Source of the DNA: TPA_inf: Saccharomyces
Taxonomy: Eukaryota
Direction: 5' to 3'
Length of the DNA: 64,000 nucleotides
Assembly: GCA_000146045.2 (NCBI GenBank)
Contig: BK006948.2
Coordinates: 640,001 to 704,000, forward strand
The position numbers and the translations under genes are program-made. Below are positions 45,767 through 58,767 of this stretch, one piece after another (the stretch's first letter is position 1; the number at the start of each line of letters is the position of its first letter). The notes under the pieces were generated by a model. It had not been told where the DNA came from. It ran no database searches and saw only the letters and a list, made by a program, of their open reading frames with translations.

Positions 45767-48700
45767 ATGAACGATATGGCAAAACCTCTCCCAACTCCAC
45801 CGACTGCTGAGATCAGGAAAAGTCGATCCAATTCACCAAAAAAAGCTCAGAAAACAAATCTAAGTCCAAACAAAAATCAGAATAATGAGAAAAATGTACC
45901 TAGATCAAACGGAAGAACCAAAAACGAACACAATAGTATGGATGACGAAGAGTTTGAATTCTTCCATCAATTTAGTCGGGAGAAAGTTAAAGGCGTCATA
46001 CACGTAATCACCGCTGAACTTAAGGAAAAAGGTCCAGATGTTGAATTTTTAATGATACCGTTCAGGCCGGAACAGACGAACGACAAATTGCTGACATTAC
46101 TAAATCAGCTATTCCCACTAGGAAACGGTCAACCAGTCAACGAAAAAAAACAGCTCAGAATTGTTTCCAAGGCCGATGTCTGGACTTTATTTCAATGCTT
46201 AAAATACATTTGGTGCAGACTTCCAAATTCAGAAATCATAGGCTGGAAATCTTATTTGGAGTTTAAATTCAGGGAAGAAGATAAAAAATTTCCTCGAAAA
46301 TCATTTTTGGAAATTATGCCTCAATGTCTAGCTTCCCCAAATCATGCATCAATCGTTTACGATTTTTTTGACTTGATTATTTCAATTTCATCAAATTCAA
46401 GAGTTAATAAAATGAGTGCTAGAAAAATATCGAAGATGTGTGCAATCTGGGCGTTTAGTAAACAGATACCAAATTCTGATATCCAAGATTACGATTTTGA
46501 ATCAGCCGCCATGAAGTCTTTTGCCCCCAACAATTCCATACAAGATGGGCTAGATCAGTGGATTCCGGCTTCAGATGCCATGTTTCACCTACTCTTAGCA
46601 TTTCTAAGAAGTTTTGTCCCTCAAGATCTTGAATCGGCAAAGCTGCCGCGCACACTTAAGAGTTTACTATTCAATAATCAGTATCCTCCAAGAAAATCAA
46701 CAGCGTACACATCAGAGACAATCCTAACCATTCCTCTGGTAACTTTAAAAACAGACGTCTTTTCGAGAAAACCTTGGCAATTATTGGAGCGTTGCAATGA
46801 TCTTCTTGATTTCAGTGATCATGATGCATTCGAAGCAAGAGAGGACTACGCTTTATTAAAGTCTTTATTCAGAAAGAAAAATACAGTGGAGGGAATTAGC
46901 AGGAAAATGTCCCAGGAGTCAAGAAGGTTGATGAAAGCAATGTCTACCAAACATTCAACATTTCAACCAGGTTGGGCTCCCAGAGAATGTATTGAAAATA
47001 TTTCTCATTTAAAAGAATGTATTGAGGTTAAAAGACTAGATATCGATGATTATTTTATTTGGACTTGGTTATCGTCCCTTTCTTTCGAACAAACATCCGA
47101 AAAGAAAAAAATTTTTGGAAGATCTATTATATTGGAATTTGAATTTGATGGATTTAAAAAATGGGTGGTTTTCCAAGAATGTGATATAACGTTAGATTAT
47201 AATAAAAAGGGTCAATTGAAGAAAAAGACTTCTGCACAGTCACCAACGACCGAAAAGGAACTACCTCCTGATGACTTTGAATTAGAAGATCCACCTCTCT
47301 CCAAATCTCCTACACTATCTCAGACCTACAAAAAATTCCAAGCTGAGGTACCTCAGCAAAGTACTGTTCGAAGGGATTCAGCACCCGATAACCAAGGAAT
47401 CTATCACACAGTCATTAGTAAAAATGCATTGACTAAAAATAAGCATAATGTGAATTTGCATTCTTTTGAACATAAAATCTCCAAATGGAATCCTCTAAAC
47501 AACCTGCGAAAGAAAAGCGGTAGTAACTCTAGTAGTTCATCATTTGAGGAAAAAAGTAAAGACGCTCCCATCCGCGAAGAATACCATACCAACAAAAATC
47601 ACAAATCGAAAAAAGAAGAGCGAGTACTATCTCAGTTTAGCACACTTAATCCTGATGAATATCAGTTACCAGTAATAGAGACCGGTTCATCAAACTTTAA
47701 GATTGAAATACCGGAATTAATGTACGAACACGATGATGACGACAGTGACAAACTTAAAAATTCCCAGAAAAGAGCTACCGACTCAGCTATTGAAGAATTA
47801 AACGGTATGGTTGAAGAAATGATGATTAATGAGCCAGACGATGTAAAAATCTCCATAACTGAGGCAGAGACTTTCGAATCATTGACAAAGTTTGATCAAT
47901 ATAAGCCATCCAATATAACTGACGATGACTTACAAAGCAGCCATTCAAGCGCCGTTCACTCATTGAAGCTAAGTACAAATACAAATGATTCTTGCGCTGA
48001 TAGTTCCAAATACACCGCTGATAGGAAATTAGCGGAACCTAGAAAGATTTCTGAGGAATCCAAAGTCAACGACGATTCATCATCATATTATTCTCCAAAT
48101 ATCAACAACTTGCCGGCATCAAGAATGCCTAGTCAACCCACTTATTCAAATTCGGATTCGAAAAAGGCATTTACGAATGAGTCTCGCCTGAACGTCTTAC
48201 AAGGTGCAGTCAGTCCATCTCAACAGGTAACACCAAAACCATATAAAAATGCGCCTGGAGACTGTGTATCTCCTGTTCAGCAAAAATACTATCAGAACGA
48301 TCGTAGAAATGAAATGTCGCCTGCAAGTGCACCAGTTCCACCTTCTGCATATTCACCTGCGAGGTCTCCACAATTCTCCACCAATTCGGCTGGATTCAAG
48401 CAGAACACGATTAATGTACCCGTTGGGTATAATGATCCTGCTCACGTTTTAGCAAATCAACCACATATGACATATCGGGACCAGCATAATTATCCATCTC
48501 ACCAACAAAAACAACGTCCCTTCCAAAACAATATTGTGCCCCCAGAACTAAAGTCCAGAAATCAACGGGCAGATGCTTCACCTATTCCCCAACATATGGT
48601 GCCAGTAAAACAAGGTGTGCCCAATCTTCCATCTAACGTTCCATTATATCAACAAATGGAACGAATGAACCCTAACCACCAGCACCCTGTAAATACTTAC

Positions 48701-49180
48701 AAGGTAACTCAGCCGCCGTATCATAATAACACAACAAATGCTTATGGGAACAGCCGGGCAGGCAATGCTCATATGTTAGATGGAAAGTGGAGCAATAATC
48801 CGCCGCAAATGGTACCAAAGGGAGTTCGCCCCAATCAATATCCACAGCAGCACGTTAATAGGTATTCACCGCAAGCTCAACCTGTCGTACCTGCGGAATA
48901 CTACAATGGACCTCCACCTATGCGAGCACCTCCAATGATGTCCCATATGGTACCAGCTCAGGAGCCGATACGTTACACAGCTGGTGCTAACAGGCGTAGT
49001 TTTCCCCAAGGCATGCAGCAGAATGCCTATTCCGTACCCGCTCAGCCTATGGGGGCTGTAAATAGTGAATTTTACCTACCAGAAGCTCCTCAGGGAAACA
49101 AACTGCATGGAAATATTAACAAAAGACAGGAGAGAAAGAAGCTATATGATAACATTAGAAGCGGAAATTTCGGCATATAG
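45767..49180 (+). CDS. MSB1: MSB1, a bud-site/polarity protein, 1137 aa.
   Basis: Starts MNDMAKPLPTPPTAEIRKSRSNSPKK...; the track ORF is extended to the TTG at 45683. The C-terminal half is long and rich in Ser/Asn/Pro/Gln with low complexity. Confidence 0.88.
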   Translation: MNDMAKPLPTPPTAEIRKSRSNSPKKAQKTNLSPNKNQNNEKNVPRSNGRTKNEHNSMDDEEFEFFHQFSREKVKGVIHVITAELKEKGPDVEFLMIPFRPEQTNDKLLTLLNQLFPLGNGQPVNEKKQLRIVSKADVWTLFQCLKYIWCRLPNSEIIGWKSYLEFKFREEDKKFPRKSFLEIMPQCLASPNHASIVYDFFDLIISISSNSRVNKMSARKISKMCAIWAFSKQIPNSDIQDYDFESAAMKSFAPNNSIQDGLDQWIPASDAMFHLLLAFLRSFVPQDLESAKLPRTLKSLLFNNQYPPRKSTAYTSETILTIPLVTLKTDVFSRKPWQLLERCNDLLDFSDHDAFEAREDYALLKSLFRKKNTVEGISRKMSQESRRLMKAMSTKHSTFQPGWAPRECIENISHLKECIEVKRLDIDDYFIWTWLSSLSFEQTSEKKKIFGRSIILEFEFDGFKKWVVFQECDITLDYNKKGQLKKKTSAQSPTTEKELPPDDFELEDPPLSKSPTLSQTYKKFQAEVPQQSTVRRDSAPDNQGIYHTVISKNALTKNKHNVNLHSFEHKISKWNPLNNLRKKSGSNSSSSSFEEKSKDAPIREEYHTNKNHKSKKEERVLSQFSTLNPDEYQLPVIETGSSNFKIEIPELMYEHDDDDSDKLKNSQKRATDSAIEELNGMVEEMMINEPDDVKISITEAETFESLTKFDQYKPSNITDDDLQSSHSSAVHSLKLSTNTNDSCADSSKYTADRKLAEPRKISEESKVNDDSSSYYSPNINNLPASRMPSQPTYSNSDSKKAFTNESRLNVLQGAVSPSQQVTPKPYKNAPGDCVSPVQQKYYQNDRRNEMSPASAPVPPSAYSPARSPQFSTNSAGFKQNTINVPVGYNDPAHVLANQPHMTYRDQHNYPSHQQKQRPFQNNIVPPELKSRNQRADASPIPQHMVPVKQGVPNLPSNVPLYQQMERMNPNHQHPVNTYKVTQPPYHNNTTNAYGNSRAGNAHMLDGKWSNNPPQMVPKGVRPNQYPQQHVNRYSPQAQPVVPAEYYNGPPPMRAPPMMSHMVPAQEPIRYTAGANRRSFPQGMQQNAYSVPAQPMGAVNSEFYLPEAPQGNKLHGNINKRQERKKLYDNIRSGNFGI

Positions 49181-49623
49181 AAACACTTTGTATCTGAAAT
49201 TATCATCTTTATGAAATCTCAACAGTTGTAAAATTTCCCGAATATTTATACATATATATGTGTATGTAATTACAAGTATTTAGGACAATAAGGAGAGATT
49301 TAAGTCTACTACATAATTTTTAACTCCTACAAATGGCAGGTTACGTTGAGTAAGAATATAACATTTTATTTTCCATATTCAACATCATATGCATTTTATC
49401 ATCTCATCCTCTTAGTCACTAATTTTTCTAACGCTCATAACAAAAGGTGCGTTACGCCGTCTAGAGCTTTTCTTGAACGTTAAAACTTTACCAAGCAGTT
49501 GACGGGTAATCATTCTCATAATCCAAGTAATTTTAAAGATATCAACAAAATGTACTATAATGCCAACACATTCTTTACTTATATTGGCCGGAAGATAAAT
49601 CCAATTTCTCGAGTAATTGTGGT

Positions 49624-49974
49624 ATGTCCCAAGAAAGTAGTGTTTTATCAGAATCGCAAGAACAACTAGCCAATAACCCTAAAATAGAGGATACAAGCCC
49701 TCCCTCTGCCAATTCGAGAGATAATAGCAAACCTGTACTTCCGTGGGATTACAAGAATAAAGCCATAGAGATCAAGAGCTTCAGTGGTTATAAGGTAAAT
49801 TTCACCGGCTGGATAAGAAGAGACGTAAGAGAAGAACGTCAAAGGGGAAGCGAGTTTACTGCATCTGACGTTAAAGGATCAGATGACAAAGCTACAAGGA
49901 AAAAAGAACCAGCAGATGAGGATCCTGAAGTAAAACAACTTGAAAAAGAAGGAGAGGATGGACTGGACTCATAA
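49624..49974 (+). CDS. IES4: INO80 chromatin-remodelling complex subunit Ies4, 116 aa.
   Basis: 116-aa acidic ORF MSQESSVLSESQEQLANNPKIEDTSPP.... Position matches YOR189W. Confidence 0.85.
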   Translation: MSQESSVLSESQEQLANNPKIEDTSPPSANSRDNSKPVLPWDYKNKAIEIKSFSGYKVNFTGWIRRDVREERQRGSEFTASDVKGSDDKATRKKEPADEDPEVKQLEKEGEDGLDS

Positions 49975-50507
49975 GGTAATGTCAACAGCTTAAAGTTGTT
50001 CTCAGGGCCCCACACTTTCTAGTTTGGCACGTCATTTATGAAATTCACAAATTGGTTACATTAAGTACTAAATCTGGTAGCCGACCAAAAAAGAACAACA
50101 AATATACAATTGTATGAGTAAATATGCAATATAAATCAAATGTATTTAGTTAAAGGGCCAGAAGTAAGGCTACAGACTGTAAAAGAAAATTAGATGGAAA
50201 CCCTCTTCAGGAAAAAAGGACATTATAAAAGATACAGCCAAGAAGTGGGCGTTTATAAAACAATTATATAACATGACCGTCGATTATATTCTGACAGGAA
50301 TGGCGACGATTGCATCGTTATATTTCATTTCATTCCCAACTCAACGATACTGGTATCAAAAAGCCTCTCTGTTCATTATTTGTCCCACTACAAGCGACTC
50401 TCTTATTTTTGGCGGTCTCTGCCAGCTTAAGAAAAAGCGGTTACCAAACGACACTAAAAGAAGCGGCGCGTCTGGTTCATTAGAAATTTGTCAGTAATGC
50501 TGTCAAT

Positions 50508-50516
50508 CTTTGTGTA
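50508..50516. promoter_or_regulatory. MSE-like element upstream of SPR1.
   Basis: The reverse complement TACACAAAG matches DNCRCAAAW at 8 of 9 positions. It is about 180 bp upstream of the SPR1 ATG. Confidence 0.35.
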
Positions 50517-50694
50517 AAAAGTCTTTCCATCAGTTGCCACCCCTTTTGTAGCAACTTCCATGCGTAGAACAACCTCACATTCATTATTTTTTTTACCCTT
50601 CTCTTTTAATTGTTCAATTGCGAACAGACCATCCAAAGATTCGAAAGAAAGACTGAGGTGCTCCGCATAAAATCTTTATAAACTTTAGAAGTAA

Positions 50695-52032
50695 ATGGTT
50701 TCGTTCAGAGGGCTGACTACACTAACACTACTTTTTACCAAATTAGTAAACTGTAATCCTGTTTCCACAAAAAATAGGGACTCTATACAGTTTATTTATA
50801 AAGAAAAGGATAGTATATACTCTGCCATCAACAATCAAGCCATCAATGAAAAAATTCATGGAGTCAATTTGGGTGGGTGGCTAGTATTGGAGCCGTATAT
50901 TACACCTTCTTTATTCGAGACTTTCCGTACTAATCCGTACAACGATGACGGTATTCCTGTTGATGAATACCATTTTTGTGAAAAATTAGGCTATGAAAAG
51001 GCAAAGGAACGCCTTTATAGTCATTGGTCGACGTTCTATAAAGAGGAAGACTTCGCGAAAATTGCTTCTCAAGGCTTCAATTTGGTTAGAATTCCTATTG
51101 GGTATTGGGCCTTTACAACGTTGAGTCATGATCCCTATGTTACCGCCGAGCAGGAATATTTTCTAGACCGGGCTATCGATTGGGCTAGGAAATATGGTTT
51201 GAAAGTATGGATTGATCTTCATGGAGCCGCTGGTTCACAAAACGGATTTGATAACTCAGGGTTGAGGGATTCATATAAGTTTCTGGAAGATGAAAATTTA
51301 AGCGCCACCATGAAAGCTTTAACGTATATTTTAAGCAAATACTCAACAGACGTATACCTGGACACCGTTATTGGAATCGAATTGCTCAATGAACCGTTAG
51401 GTCCAGTTATTGACATGGAAAGATTGAAAAATTTGCTTTTGAAGCCGGCTTATGACTATTTGAGAAATAAAATTAATAGCAACCAGATCATTGTAATACA
51501 TGATGCTTTTCAACCTTACCATTATTGGGATGGGTTTTTGAATGATGAAAAGAACGAATATGGCGTCATAATTGACCATCATCATTATCAGGTGTTCTCG
51601 CAGGTGGAATTAACAAGAAAAATGAATGAACGTATCAAAATCGCCTGCCAATGGGGGAAAGATGCCGTAAGCGAGAAGCATTGGTCCGTAGCAGGCGAAT
51701 TTTCAGCGGCCTTAACAGATTGTACAAAGTGGTTAAATGGGGTTGGTCTAGGTGCCAGATATGATGGAAGTTGGACCAAAGACAATGAAAAATCTCATTA
51801 CATAAATACGTGTGCAAACAACGAGAATATTGCCTTGTGGCCCGAAGAGAGAAAACAGAACACTAGAAAGTTTATCGAGGCTCAATTAGATGCTTTTGAA
51901 ATGACTGGTGGATGGATAATGTGGTGTTACAAGACAGAGAATAGTATCGAATGGGATGTTGAAAAATTGATTCAACTCAACATTTTTCCGCAACCTATCA
52001 ACGATAGGAAATATCCTAACCAATGTCATTGA
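50695..52032 (+). CDS. SPR1: Sporulation-specific exo-1,3-beta-glucanase (GH5), 445 aa.
   Basis: GH5 catalytic region (IELLNEP, GEFSAA). A paralog of EXG1. Length 445 aa. Confidence 0.93.
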   Translation: MVSFRGLTTLTLLFTKLVNCNPVSTKNRDSIQFIYKEKDSIYSAINNQAINEKIHGVNLGGWLVLEPYITPSLFETFRTNPYNDDGIPVDEYHFCEKLGYEKAKERLYSHWSTFYKEEDFAKIASQGFNLVRIPIGYWAFTTLSHDPYVTAEQEYFLDRAIDWARKYGLKVWIDLHGAAGSQNGFDNSGLRDSYKFLEDENLSATMKALTYILSKYSTDVYLDTVIGIELLNEPLGPVIDMERLKNLLLKPAYDYLRNKINSNQIIVIHDAFQPYHYWDGFLNDEKNEYGVIIDHHHYQVFSQVELTRKMNERIKIACQWGKDAVSEKHWSVAGEFSAALTDCTKWLNGVGLGARYDGSWTKDNEKSHYINTCANNENIALWPEERKQNTRKFIEAQLDAFEMTGGWIMWCYKTENSIEWDVEKLIQLNIFPQPINDRKYPNQCH

Positions 52033-52474
52033 AATTTTGTGGCATATATTTAAGGTCTTGGGAATGTGATGATTATTATTGGAGAAAAAATTGCCATCTA
52101 AAACTCTTTATATAACATGATGAGGTATACAAATAAAAAATACTTTATATCTTATAATTATGCAAATAAAAGTGCTTCCATCAACCGCTACTTCACTTTT
52201 TATCTGAACTATGAATGGGGAGCTCATGATGATTACCTGTTGATATTACGTGAGGCGGAAGAGAAGCACGAGACACGGGTCACTCTCGATATTACCGGAC
52301 AGTTTACTTAGACTATGTAACGAATATGAGAGGAAGAAAAACAATAAATAAATACAAACCTCTCCGCAGTTTTATGAAAGAACAGGACAGGGCGTCTATA
52401 CCGATTTTTACATCTATCTTTTGAGTGCTTGAAAGGAGACGCTGGACTATATCTTTAGGTTAAACATCTGTCAA

Positions 52475-55400
52475 ATGGCAGCAGTACCCACCATCGACCT
52501 TACACTAGCCGATTCAGATAATGAAGACATATTCCATTCTTTTTCGTCTTCAACAAGTGTGGATAAGATAGACATTAGGAAAGAAAATGGGAAATTAAGA
52601 ATGGCAGGCTTGGAAGTCGCCCAATCTAATGACGATGCAGCACGTCAAGCATTCCATGTTTTCAAGACGAACATATCAAATAATGAAACCTTCGATACTA
52701 TTCTTTCAAAGAGCAAGACAATCACAGACAGTACCTTCAACAATGAAAAATCTTCCAACGAAGTAAAACAGCAGCAAGTCTTGAAGGAAGAAACGATGGG
52801 ATCTTCCAACGATGAGAAGAAAACACAAGAGAGCAGCCCAAGCGCAGAGATGATAAAACTTTTTTATGAAAACGATGATGTGCCGTTATCCGATAGTTTT
52901 AAACAAAAAGAGGAAGGTAAAAGAATAAATCAGGATGAGCAAGTGAAGGAAAATATCTGTGGCATTTCTTCCTCATACGTCTCCAAAGACTACGATGGCG
53001 TTGAAGATGATTTCGAGCCTAATACTTGCCAGGACAGCAATTTGGATTTTCAAGAGGAGAAGTTAAACTTGAATAACAAACCGTCACAGCAACAGTTCAG
53101 CGACCCAGAAACAAAAGATAACAGTTTGAAGAGCGAAAACAAAGACCAAATAAAAGGAGTCACAACAACAAGTTATCGTGATTTACCTATTGAATCTAGT
53201 GCTTTCCAGGATTCTGAAACTCAAAATAACTCCAAAAACACTATACCTAACATCGTAAATGAAAAGCGAACGCCAGCATTACCGTCCAATCTAAGCTCTG
53301 TTGAGAGTTCCCTTAAAAACGAGACGGCCAAAGTAGAGGGGAAGACGACCGTTCGTCTTCCAGGACTTCAAAATAATGTTGCCTTACTTGAGCAAGAACA
53401 AAGTGAACTATTCAAGCACTTTAGTGAACAACCTGTCGATATTAGCGATTTTGGTCGTAAGATTAAAAGGAAGCATAGCGGAGATTTTGCAGATAACAAG
53501 ATACTTAAAAGACCGATATTGCCCTCAAAAAATATGGACCACACAACACATAATTCACATGATTCCGAACAGAAAAATAGCTCGATTATTATTCTTTCAG
53601 ATGAGGACGAATCTGGTGCCGGTATCAATGATATAGAAAGTCCTTTGAAAGTTTCTGAACCAAATACAGCTGATGCGCTTAGGAGCAGTGTACCAGAAGT
53701 CATATCTTTACTTGACCTACCCAATATTGACTTGAATAACTCAGTAATAAAAGAAGCAAGTGGCAGCAATTCAATTCCTACATCAGAAACAGACGCACAA
53801 TCCTCGAGTTCGTCAGTTCTTCAAGGAACTATCATGACAGAACAAGCTACTCAATCCTCTCAACACGAATGTAACAGTTCACTTGATACTCTAAAAAAAA
53901 ATCATCAAAAATTATTGAAGGATTTGAATTCTAGAGAGTCTGAACTACGTAATGCTCTCAGTTGCTGCAAGACAAACTCTGAAATTTTAAGAAGGAAACT
54001 AAGTAGAAGAGAAAAGGAGGTCTCTGATGCTGAAAAACATTGGCAGTTATTGTTGACATCGATGGCTAGAGGGGGAAGAACTATCAGCTCAACTCAGCAG
54101 ATATTAGTTGATGAAGCTGAGAACCAATTAAACAAACTGAAGGAAAAAAGACAGTTGACAAAATCGAAGCTAGATTCAATCAATTTGAAAATGTATAATT
54201 ATAACGAACAATGGAAGTCCTTTGTGCATTCGAAAAATATAAACCTGCAGAAATCTTTGGCTGCCCTTGAGCGGTCAGCCAGGGATAGTAAAGCTTCTGC
54301 GACCGTAAATAAAAGAAACGAATGCCTGGCTGAGAAAGAAAAGCTAGACCAAATGTTAAAAGAAGGAACCCTAAGCTTCAGTACCTACAAGCAGTTAACA
54401 GGGGAGATCCAGCAGAAACTGAATGACTTGAAACTGGGGGACCAACGCACAACTGATATCAATAGTGTATTGCCAATAGTACGGCAACCTCTCGCCAAAA
54501 GAGATTTATTTATTAAGTCCATTGATACTGCAAAAGATTTATTAGCCAAGAACACATCCAGGACAGAAATGACGAAGAGAATTCTTTATAGACATTTGGA
54601 CAACTTGGTCTCTTATAAAAACTTTTTTGAAGACGGAAGATCCTTAATAGATATAAACAGAAGACACGTTGCACATGAATCGGCCCAAATATTGTTCACC
54701 AACGGTGTAAAGATGCCCATTGTTTTTGAAACATTACAAGATTACGGCATCAAGTTTTCTAATCCAGCCATTGTCAATCCTGACAGAAGAGCCCAATATT
54801 TTAAAAGCATCGAAGTTGCACGCGATCTCATATCAAAGTCTACTAGATCAGAGGATGCTAAACGAAAGATTACTCGATTTTTGAATATAATTGAAGAATT
54901 TCGTAAAGATATTGACACCGGATTTCCACCTACTCCTTTAAAAAGGGAAGGCGTCGGAAAAGCTGTTGTTGGGCTAAGACAACAAGGACTTAAGATGGAC
55001 AGACTATATGAAAATTTGAGAAGATATAAGATTCCAATAACAAGTGAAGAATTACTGCAGCAAAGCTATTTATTTCCGGTAAACGCAGATCAACGACCTC
55101 CTTCAAACTGGAACATCGTGGAAAATACCGAAGATACTAGTTCTACAGCCAATGATCTATCGATGCAAGATGAATTTCACATCTCTAATATGCATGCAGC
55201 AGAAGATCAAGAACAGATTAGGGCTCTTTTAGAGAATGTCAAACAATCTGAATCCATTATAGACGGCGAAGCACTTACTCCCGAGGATATGACCGTAAAC
55301 TTATTAAAACACCAGAGGCTGGGTCTGCATTGGTTGTTACAAGTTGAAAACTCCGCAAAAAAAGGGGGTCTGCTTGCTGACGATATGGGCCTGGGTAAAA

Positions 55401-57334
55401 CGATTCAAGCTATTGCATTGATGTTAGCAAATCGCTCAGAGGAATCCAAATGTAAAACCAATTTGATCGTCGCACCAGTCTCAGTCTTGAGAGTTTGGAA
55501 AGGTGAATTAGAAACGAAAGTAAAAAAACGCGCAAAATTTACTACATTTATTTTTGGAGGATCAGGTAACGGAAAAGTTAAGCACTGGAGGGATTTGGCA
55601 AGATATGATGCTGTTTTGGTATCTTATCAAACTCTAGCAAACGAATTTAAGAAACATTGGCCGAAAAAACTGGATGGTGAACAAAATCAGCTACCAGCTG
55701 TGCCTCATATACAAGCTCTTAATAGGTTGAAAACCTCAAATGAATACTACTCTCCATTTTTCTGCAATGATTCAACGTTTTACAGAATTTTACTGGACGA
55801 AGGCCAAAACATCAAGAACAAAAATACAAGGGCTTCTAAAGCGTGCTGTACTATAAATGGAATGTATAGGTGGGTCTTGTCTGGTACGCCGATTCAAAAT
55901 AGTATGGATGAGCTTTATTCCTTGATAAGATTTCTAAGAATTCCACCCTACCACAAGGAGCAACGGTTTAAATTAGACATTGGAAGGTTTTTTCAGAGAA
56001 ATAAGCAATATCAATATGATAACGAGGATAGAAAAAACGCATTAAGAAAGGTTAGAGTCCTTCTAAATGCCATTATGCTTCGTCGGTCTAAGGCTGATAA
56101 GATCGACGGCAAACCTTTACTGGAGCTCCCTCCTAAAATTGTGGAAGTAGATGAATCACGCCTGAAGGGAGAGGAATTAAAATTTTACACAGCTTTGGAA
56201 TCAAAAAATCAAGCACTCGCTAAGAAATTGTTGAACAATTCTACGAGGGGGAGCTACTCTAGCGTTCTCACATTACTACTTCGCTTAAGGCAGGCTTGTT
56301 GTCATTCAGAATTAGTTGTGATGGGAGAAAAAAAAGCGGAAGGTACAAAGGTAGCTAACGGCAAAAGCTTTGAAGATGACTGGCTCAGGCTCTACTATAA
56401 AATCACTCACATGAGCGGAGAAGCGCAGGCTCAGGTTATTACTTCAATGAATTCTATGACATGTTTCTGGTGCATGGAACAATTAGAACCAGAAGCGATG
56501 TCCGTTCTGACAGGTTGTGGTCATTTGATTTGCGACACTTGTATCGAGCCCTTCATCGAAGAGTCATCCATGCTACCTCAGGCCAAGAAAACCAAAGGTG
56601 GGGCATTTGCTATCCCATGCAAAGATTGTCAACGTTTGACAAACGAGAAAGATATTGTTTCGCACAAGTTATACGACCAGGTAATAAACCAGGGATTTAC
56701 TGAGGAAGATTTGCATGCAGAGTATTTAAGTGAAATGGAGAAACAAAAAATACAGCAAAAAAATGTATATGTGCCAAATTTTGAGAGTTTAGAACCATCT
56801 ACGAAGATAGAGCAATGTATACAGGTTATTCAAAGAGTTTTTGATGAATCAGCAACCGAAAAAATTATTATTTTTTCCCAGTTTACAACATTTTTTGAGA
56901 TTCTCGAACATTTTCTCAAAAATAAACTGAATTTTCCCTACTTGAAATATATTGGATCAATGAACGCTCAGAGAAGATCAGATGTTATCAACGAATTTTA
57001 TCGTGACCCTGAGAAAAGGATACTTCTGATTTCCATGAAAGCCGGTAACTCAGGACTAACATTGACATGTGCGAACCATGTAGTTATAGTTGATCCATTT
57101 TGGAATCCTTACGTCGAAGAACAAGCTCAAGACCGTTGCTATAGAATTAGTCAAACAAAAAAAGTCCAGGTGCATAAATTGTTTATAAAGGACTCTGTTG
57201 AGGATCGTATTTCTGAATTACAGAAGAGAAAGAAGGAAATGGTCGATTCTGCCATGGACCCAGGCAAGATAAAGGAAGTGAATAGTTTAGGGCGTCGGGA
57301 GTTAGGATTTTTATTTGGTTTAAACGCTCTTTGA
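52475..57334 (+). CDS. ULS1: ULS1, a SWI/SNF2-family DNA translocase carrying a RING finger (SUMO-targeted ubiquitin ligase), 1619 aa.
   Basis: SNF2 N-terminal motifs ([18 protein letters not shown]), a C3HC4 RING (CFWCMEQL...CGHLICDTC...CKDC) and helicase-C motifs ([23 protein letters not shown]). Confidence 0.93.
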   Translation: MAAVPTIDLTLADSDNEDIFHSFSSSTSVDKIDIRKENGKLRMAGLEVAQSNDDAARQAFHVFKTNISNNETFDTILSKSKTITDSTFNNEKSSNEVKQQQVLKEETMGSSNDEKKTQESSPSAEMIKLFYENDDVPLSDSFKQKEEGKRINQDEQVKENICGISSSYVSKDYDGVEDDFEPNTCQDSNLDFQEEKLNLNNKPSQQQFSDPETKDNSLKSENKDQIKGVTTTSYRDLPIESSAFQDSETQNNSKNTIPNIVNEKRTPALPSNLSSVESSLKNETAKVEGKTTVRLPGLQNNVALLEQEQSELFKHFSEQPVDISDFGRKIKRKHSGDFADNKILKRPILPSKNMDHTTHNSHDSEQKNSSIIILSDEDESGAGINDIESPLKVSEPNTADALRSSVPEVISLLDLPNIDLNNSVIKEASGSNSIPTSETDAQSSSSSVLQGTIMTEQATQSSQHECNSSLDTLKKNHQKLLKDLNSRESELRNALSCCKTNSEILRRKLSRREKEVSDAEKHWQLLLTSMARGGRTISSTQQILVDEAENQLNKLKEKRQLTKSKLDSINLKMYNYNEQWKSFVHSKNINLQKSLAALERSARDSKASATVNKRNECLAEKEKLDQMLKEGTLSFSTYKQLTGEIQQKLNDLKLGDQRTTDINSVLPIVRQPLAKRDLFIKSIDTAKDLLAKNTSRTEMTKRILYRHLDNLVSYKNFFEDGRSLIDINRRHVAHESAQILFTNGVKMPIVFETLQDYGIKFSNPAIVNPDRRAQYFKSIEVARDLISKSTRSEDAKRKITRFLNIIEEFRKDIDTGFPPTPLKREGVGKAVVGLRQQGLKMDRLYENLRRYKIPITSEELLQQSYLFPVNADQRPPSNWNIVENTEDTSSTANDLSMQDEFHISNMHAAEDQEQIRALLENVKQSESIIDGEALTPEDMTVNLLKHQRLGLHWLLQVENSAKKGGLLADDMGLGKTIQAIALMLANRSEESKCKTNLIVAPVSVLRVWKGELETKVKKRAKFTTFIFGGSGNGKVKHWRDLARYDAVLVSYQTLANEFKKHWPKKLDGEQNQLPAVPHIQALNRLKTSNEYYSPFFCNDSTFYRILLDEGQNIKNKNTRASKACCTINGMYRWVLSGTPIQNSMDELYSLIRFLRIPPYHKEQRFKLDIGRFFQRNKQYQYDNEDRKNALRKVRVLLNAIMLRRSKADKIDGKPLLELPPKIVEVDESRLKGEELKFYTALESKNQALAKKLLNNSTRGSYSSVLTLLLRLRQACCHSELVVMGEKKAEGTKVANGKSFEDDWLRLYYKITHMSGEAQAQVITSMNSMTCFWCMEQLEPEAMSVLTGCGHLICDTCIEPFIEESSMLPQAKKTKGGAFAIPCKDCQRLTNEKDIVSHKLYDQVINQGFTEEDLHAEYLSEMEKQKIQQKNVYVPNFESLEPSTKIEQCIQVIQRVFDESATEKIIIFSQFTTFFEILEHFLKNKLNFPYLKYIGSMNAQRRSDVINEFYRDPEKRILLISMKAGNSGLTLTCANHVVIVDPFWNPYVEEQAQDRCYRISQTKKVQVHKLFIKDSVEDRISELQKRKKEMVDSAMDPGKIKEVNSLGRRELGFLFGLNAL

Positions 57335-58767
57335 AGAACTTGGTGAATTTTGAAGCATTATTGCGATACACATATGTATATGTTGATAATTGGTGGCTAA
57401 GCTTCTAGTTTGTAGGCTTAAGTAACTTCACTCGTTGGCACTTACGAGCTTGGCATTTAATGGAACAGAAAATAAGCCGTAAATCGGCCCTACTTTAAGT
57501 ATAAGAAATATGCGAAATTTGATATGATCGTTTGAATTACTTTTTGAAAAAGAAAATACCATTAGTAACATACAATATAAGAAGCTCGTCTCCTGGATTT
57601 GGAAATCCACAAAAGATTATCAACAATGCCACGAATAACATAATTGCTTCCCCCTCCTGTTAATTGCTTTAACTCATTATTGCATCGTTAACAGTTGTTA
57701 CTAAATTTGATTTTTGTTTCTCATCATATATGTAATCTTCAAACGCCAGTATAATTATACGCTCGCAACAGCTACCATACATTAATGAACCGATGAAAAT
57801 ATCCCGTTTGATGATAACTGGCAATTAAATGACAGTATTAATTAATAATCAAAGCTGATCTTATATTCCTATAAAAGAGAAGCGTATAAAACACACGTGG
57901 ATTGGGGGTGCTTTATACGTAAACTGTGATTTCAGTAATTTTCGCTGTAAGATCAAAGTAAAGACACATTCCCTTATATGTAAAGTTCAAATTCATTGTT
58001 CCACTAATAGACCGTCAACTTTTCTTTTGGATTTTCAGCCCGAACAGGTTGCTTATTATTAACTTCCTTACAACAAGGTACAGTCAGTGCATTATATAGA
58101 TCTATACAACCATGTGCCTTTGTGTTTTCTAAGGCTATACTGAAAATAAATTGGTAATTTATAATTTCTATCTTCACGCGCTTTCTCACTAACAAGACTT
58201 GACCTCTCAAATAAGTGGCGCAGATGCTCTAGAAAAGGTTTCTTATCAAATAAGTTTTGCTCTTTAATCGCACAATGCAATGCAAGTTATTTTTTTTTTT
58301 TTGATTTAATGACTTTCGATTTCCTCTCATAGGCAACCGGTACTTATCATAAGTACGTAATAAGAAAAGTATGTCGCAGGACGTCATAAGCTCAGACTTG
58401 AACAAAAGAGTAACAAAATCGCCTCCACCTAATTTTCAGCCCTACTAGAGCCTGATAGGATATCGGCACTGAAGCTGATAAGAGAATCAATGAAAATATC
58501 ATCCTCAACAGAAATACTGAAAAGAAGCGGTAGTTTTTTTTTCTTGTTACAATTATCAGCCAAACAAAAACAGTGATCTGAATCGTCAATCAAACATTAG
58601 TGGAAGAATGAAATAATCGAAATGACCTCTATATCCTGTACGACCAACAAGCTTAATAGTAGTGTTTCCTGGGACTAAAGAGTGTGTTTAATTATCTCGA
58701 ATTTTAATACTAGCGAAAGATCTTGAATGAACACTAAGTATGATCATTTTATTAGGTTTTTTGCTCA

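Noticed and set aside
50273-50497. ATG-initiated 74-aa ORF between IES4 and SPR1 with a hydrophobic N-terminus.
   Set aside because: No domain and no support in the sequence. It lies in the SPR1 promoter region, and an ORF of this size is expected by chance.
58004-58589. Cluster of short minus-strand ORFs in the ULS1/THI72 3' spacer.
   Set aside because: They overlap each other in different frames and show no coding features. They are retained only as part of the intergenic-spacer finding.
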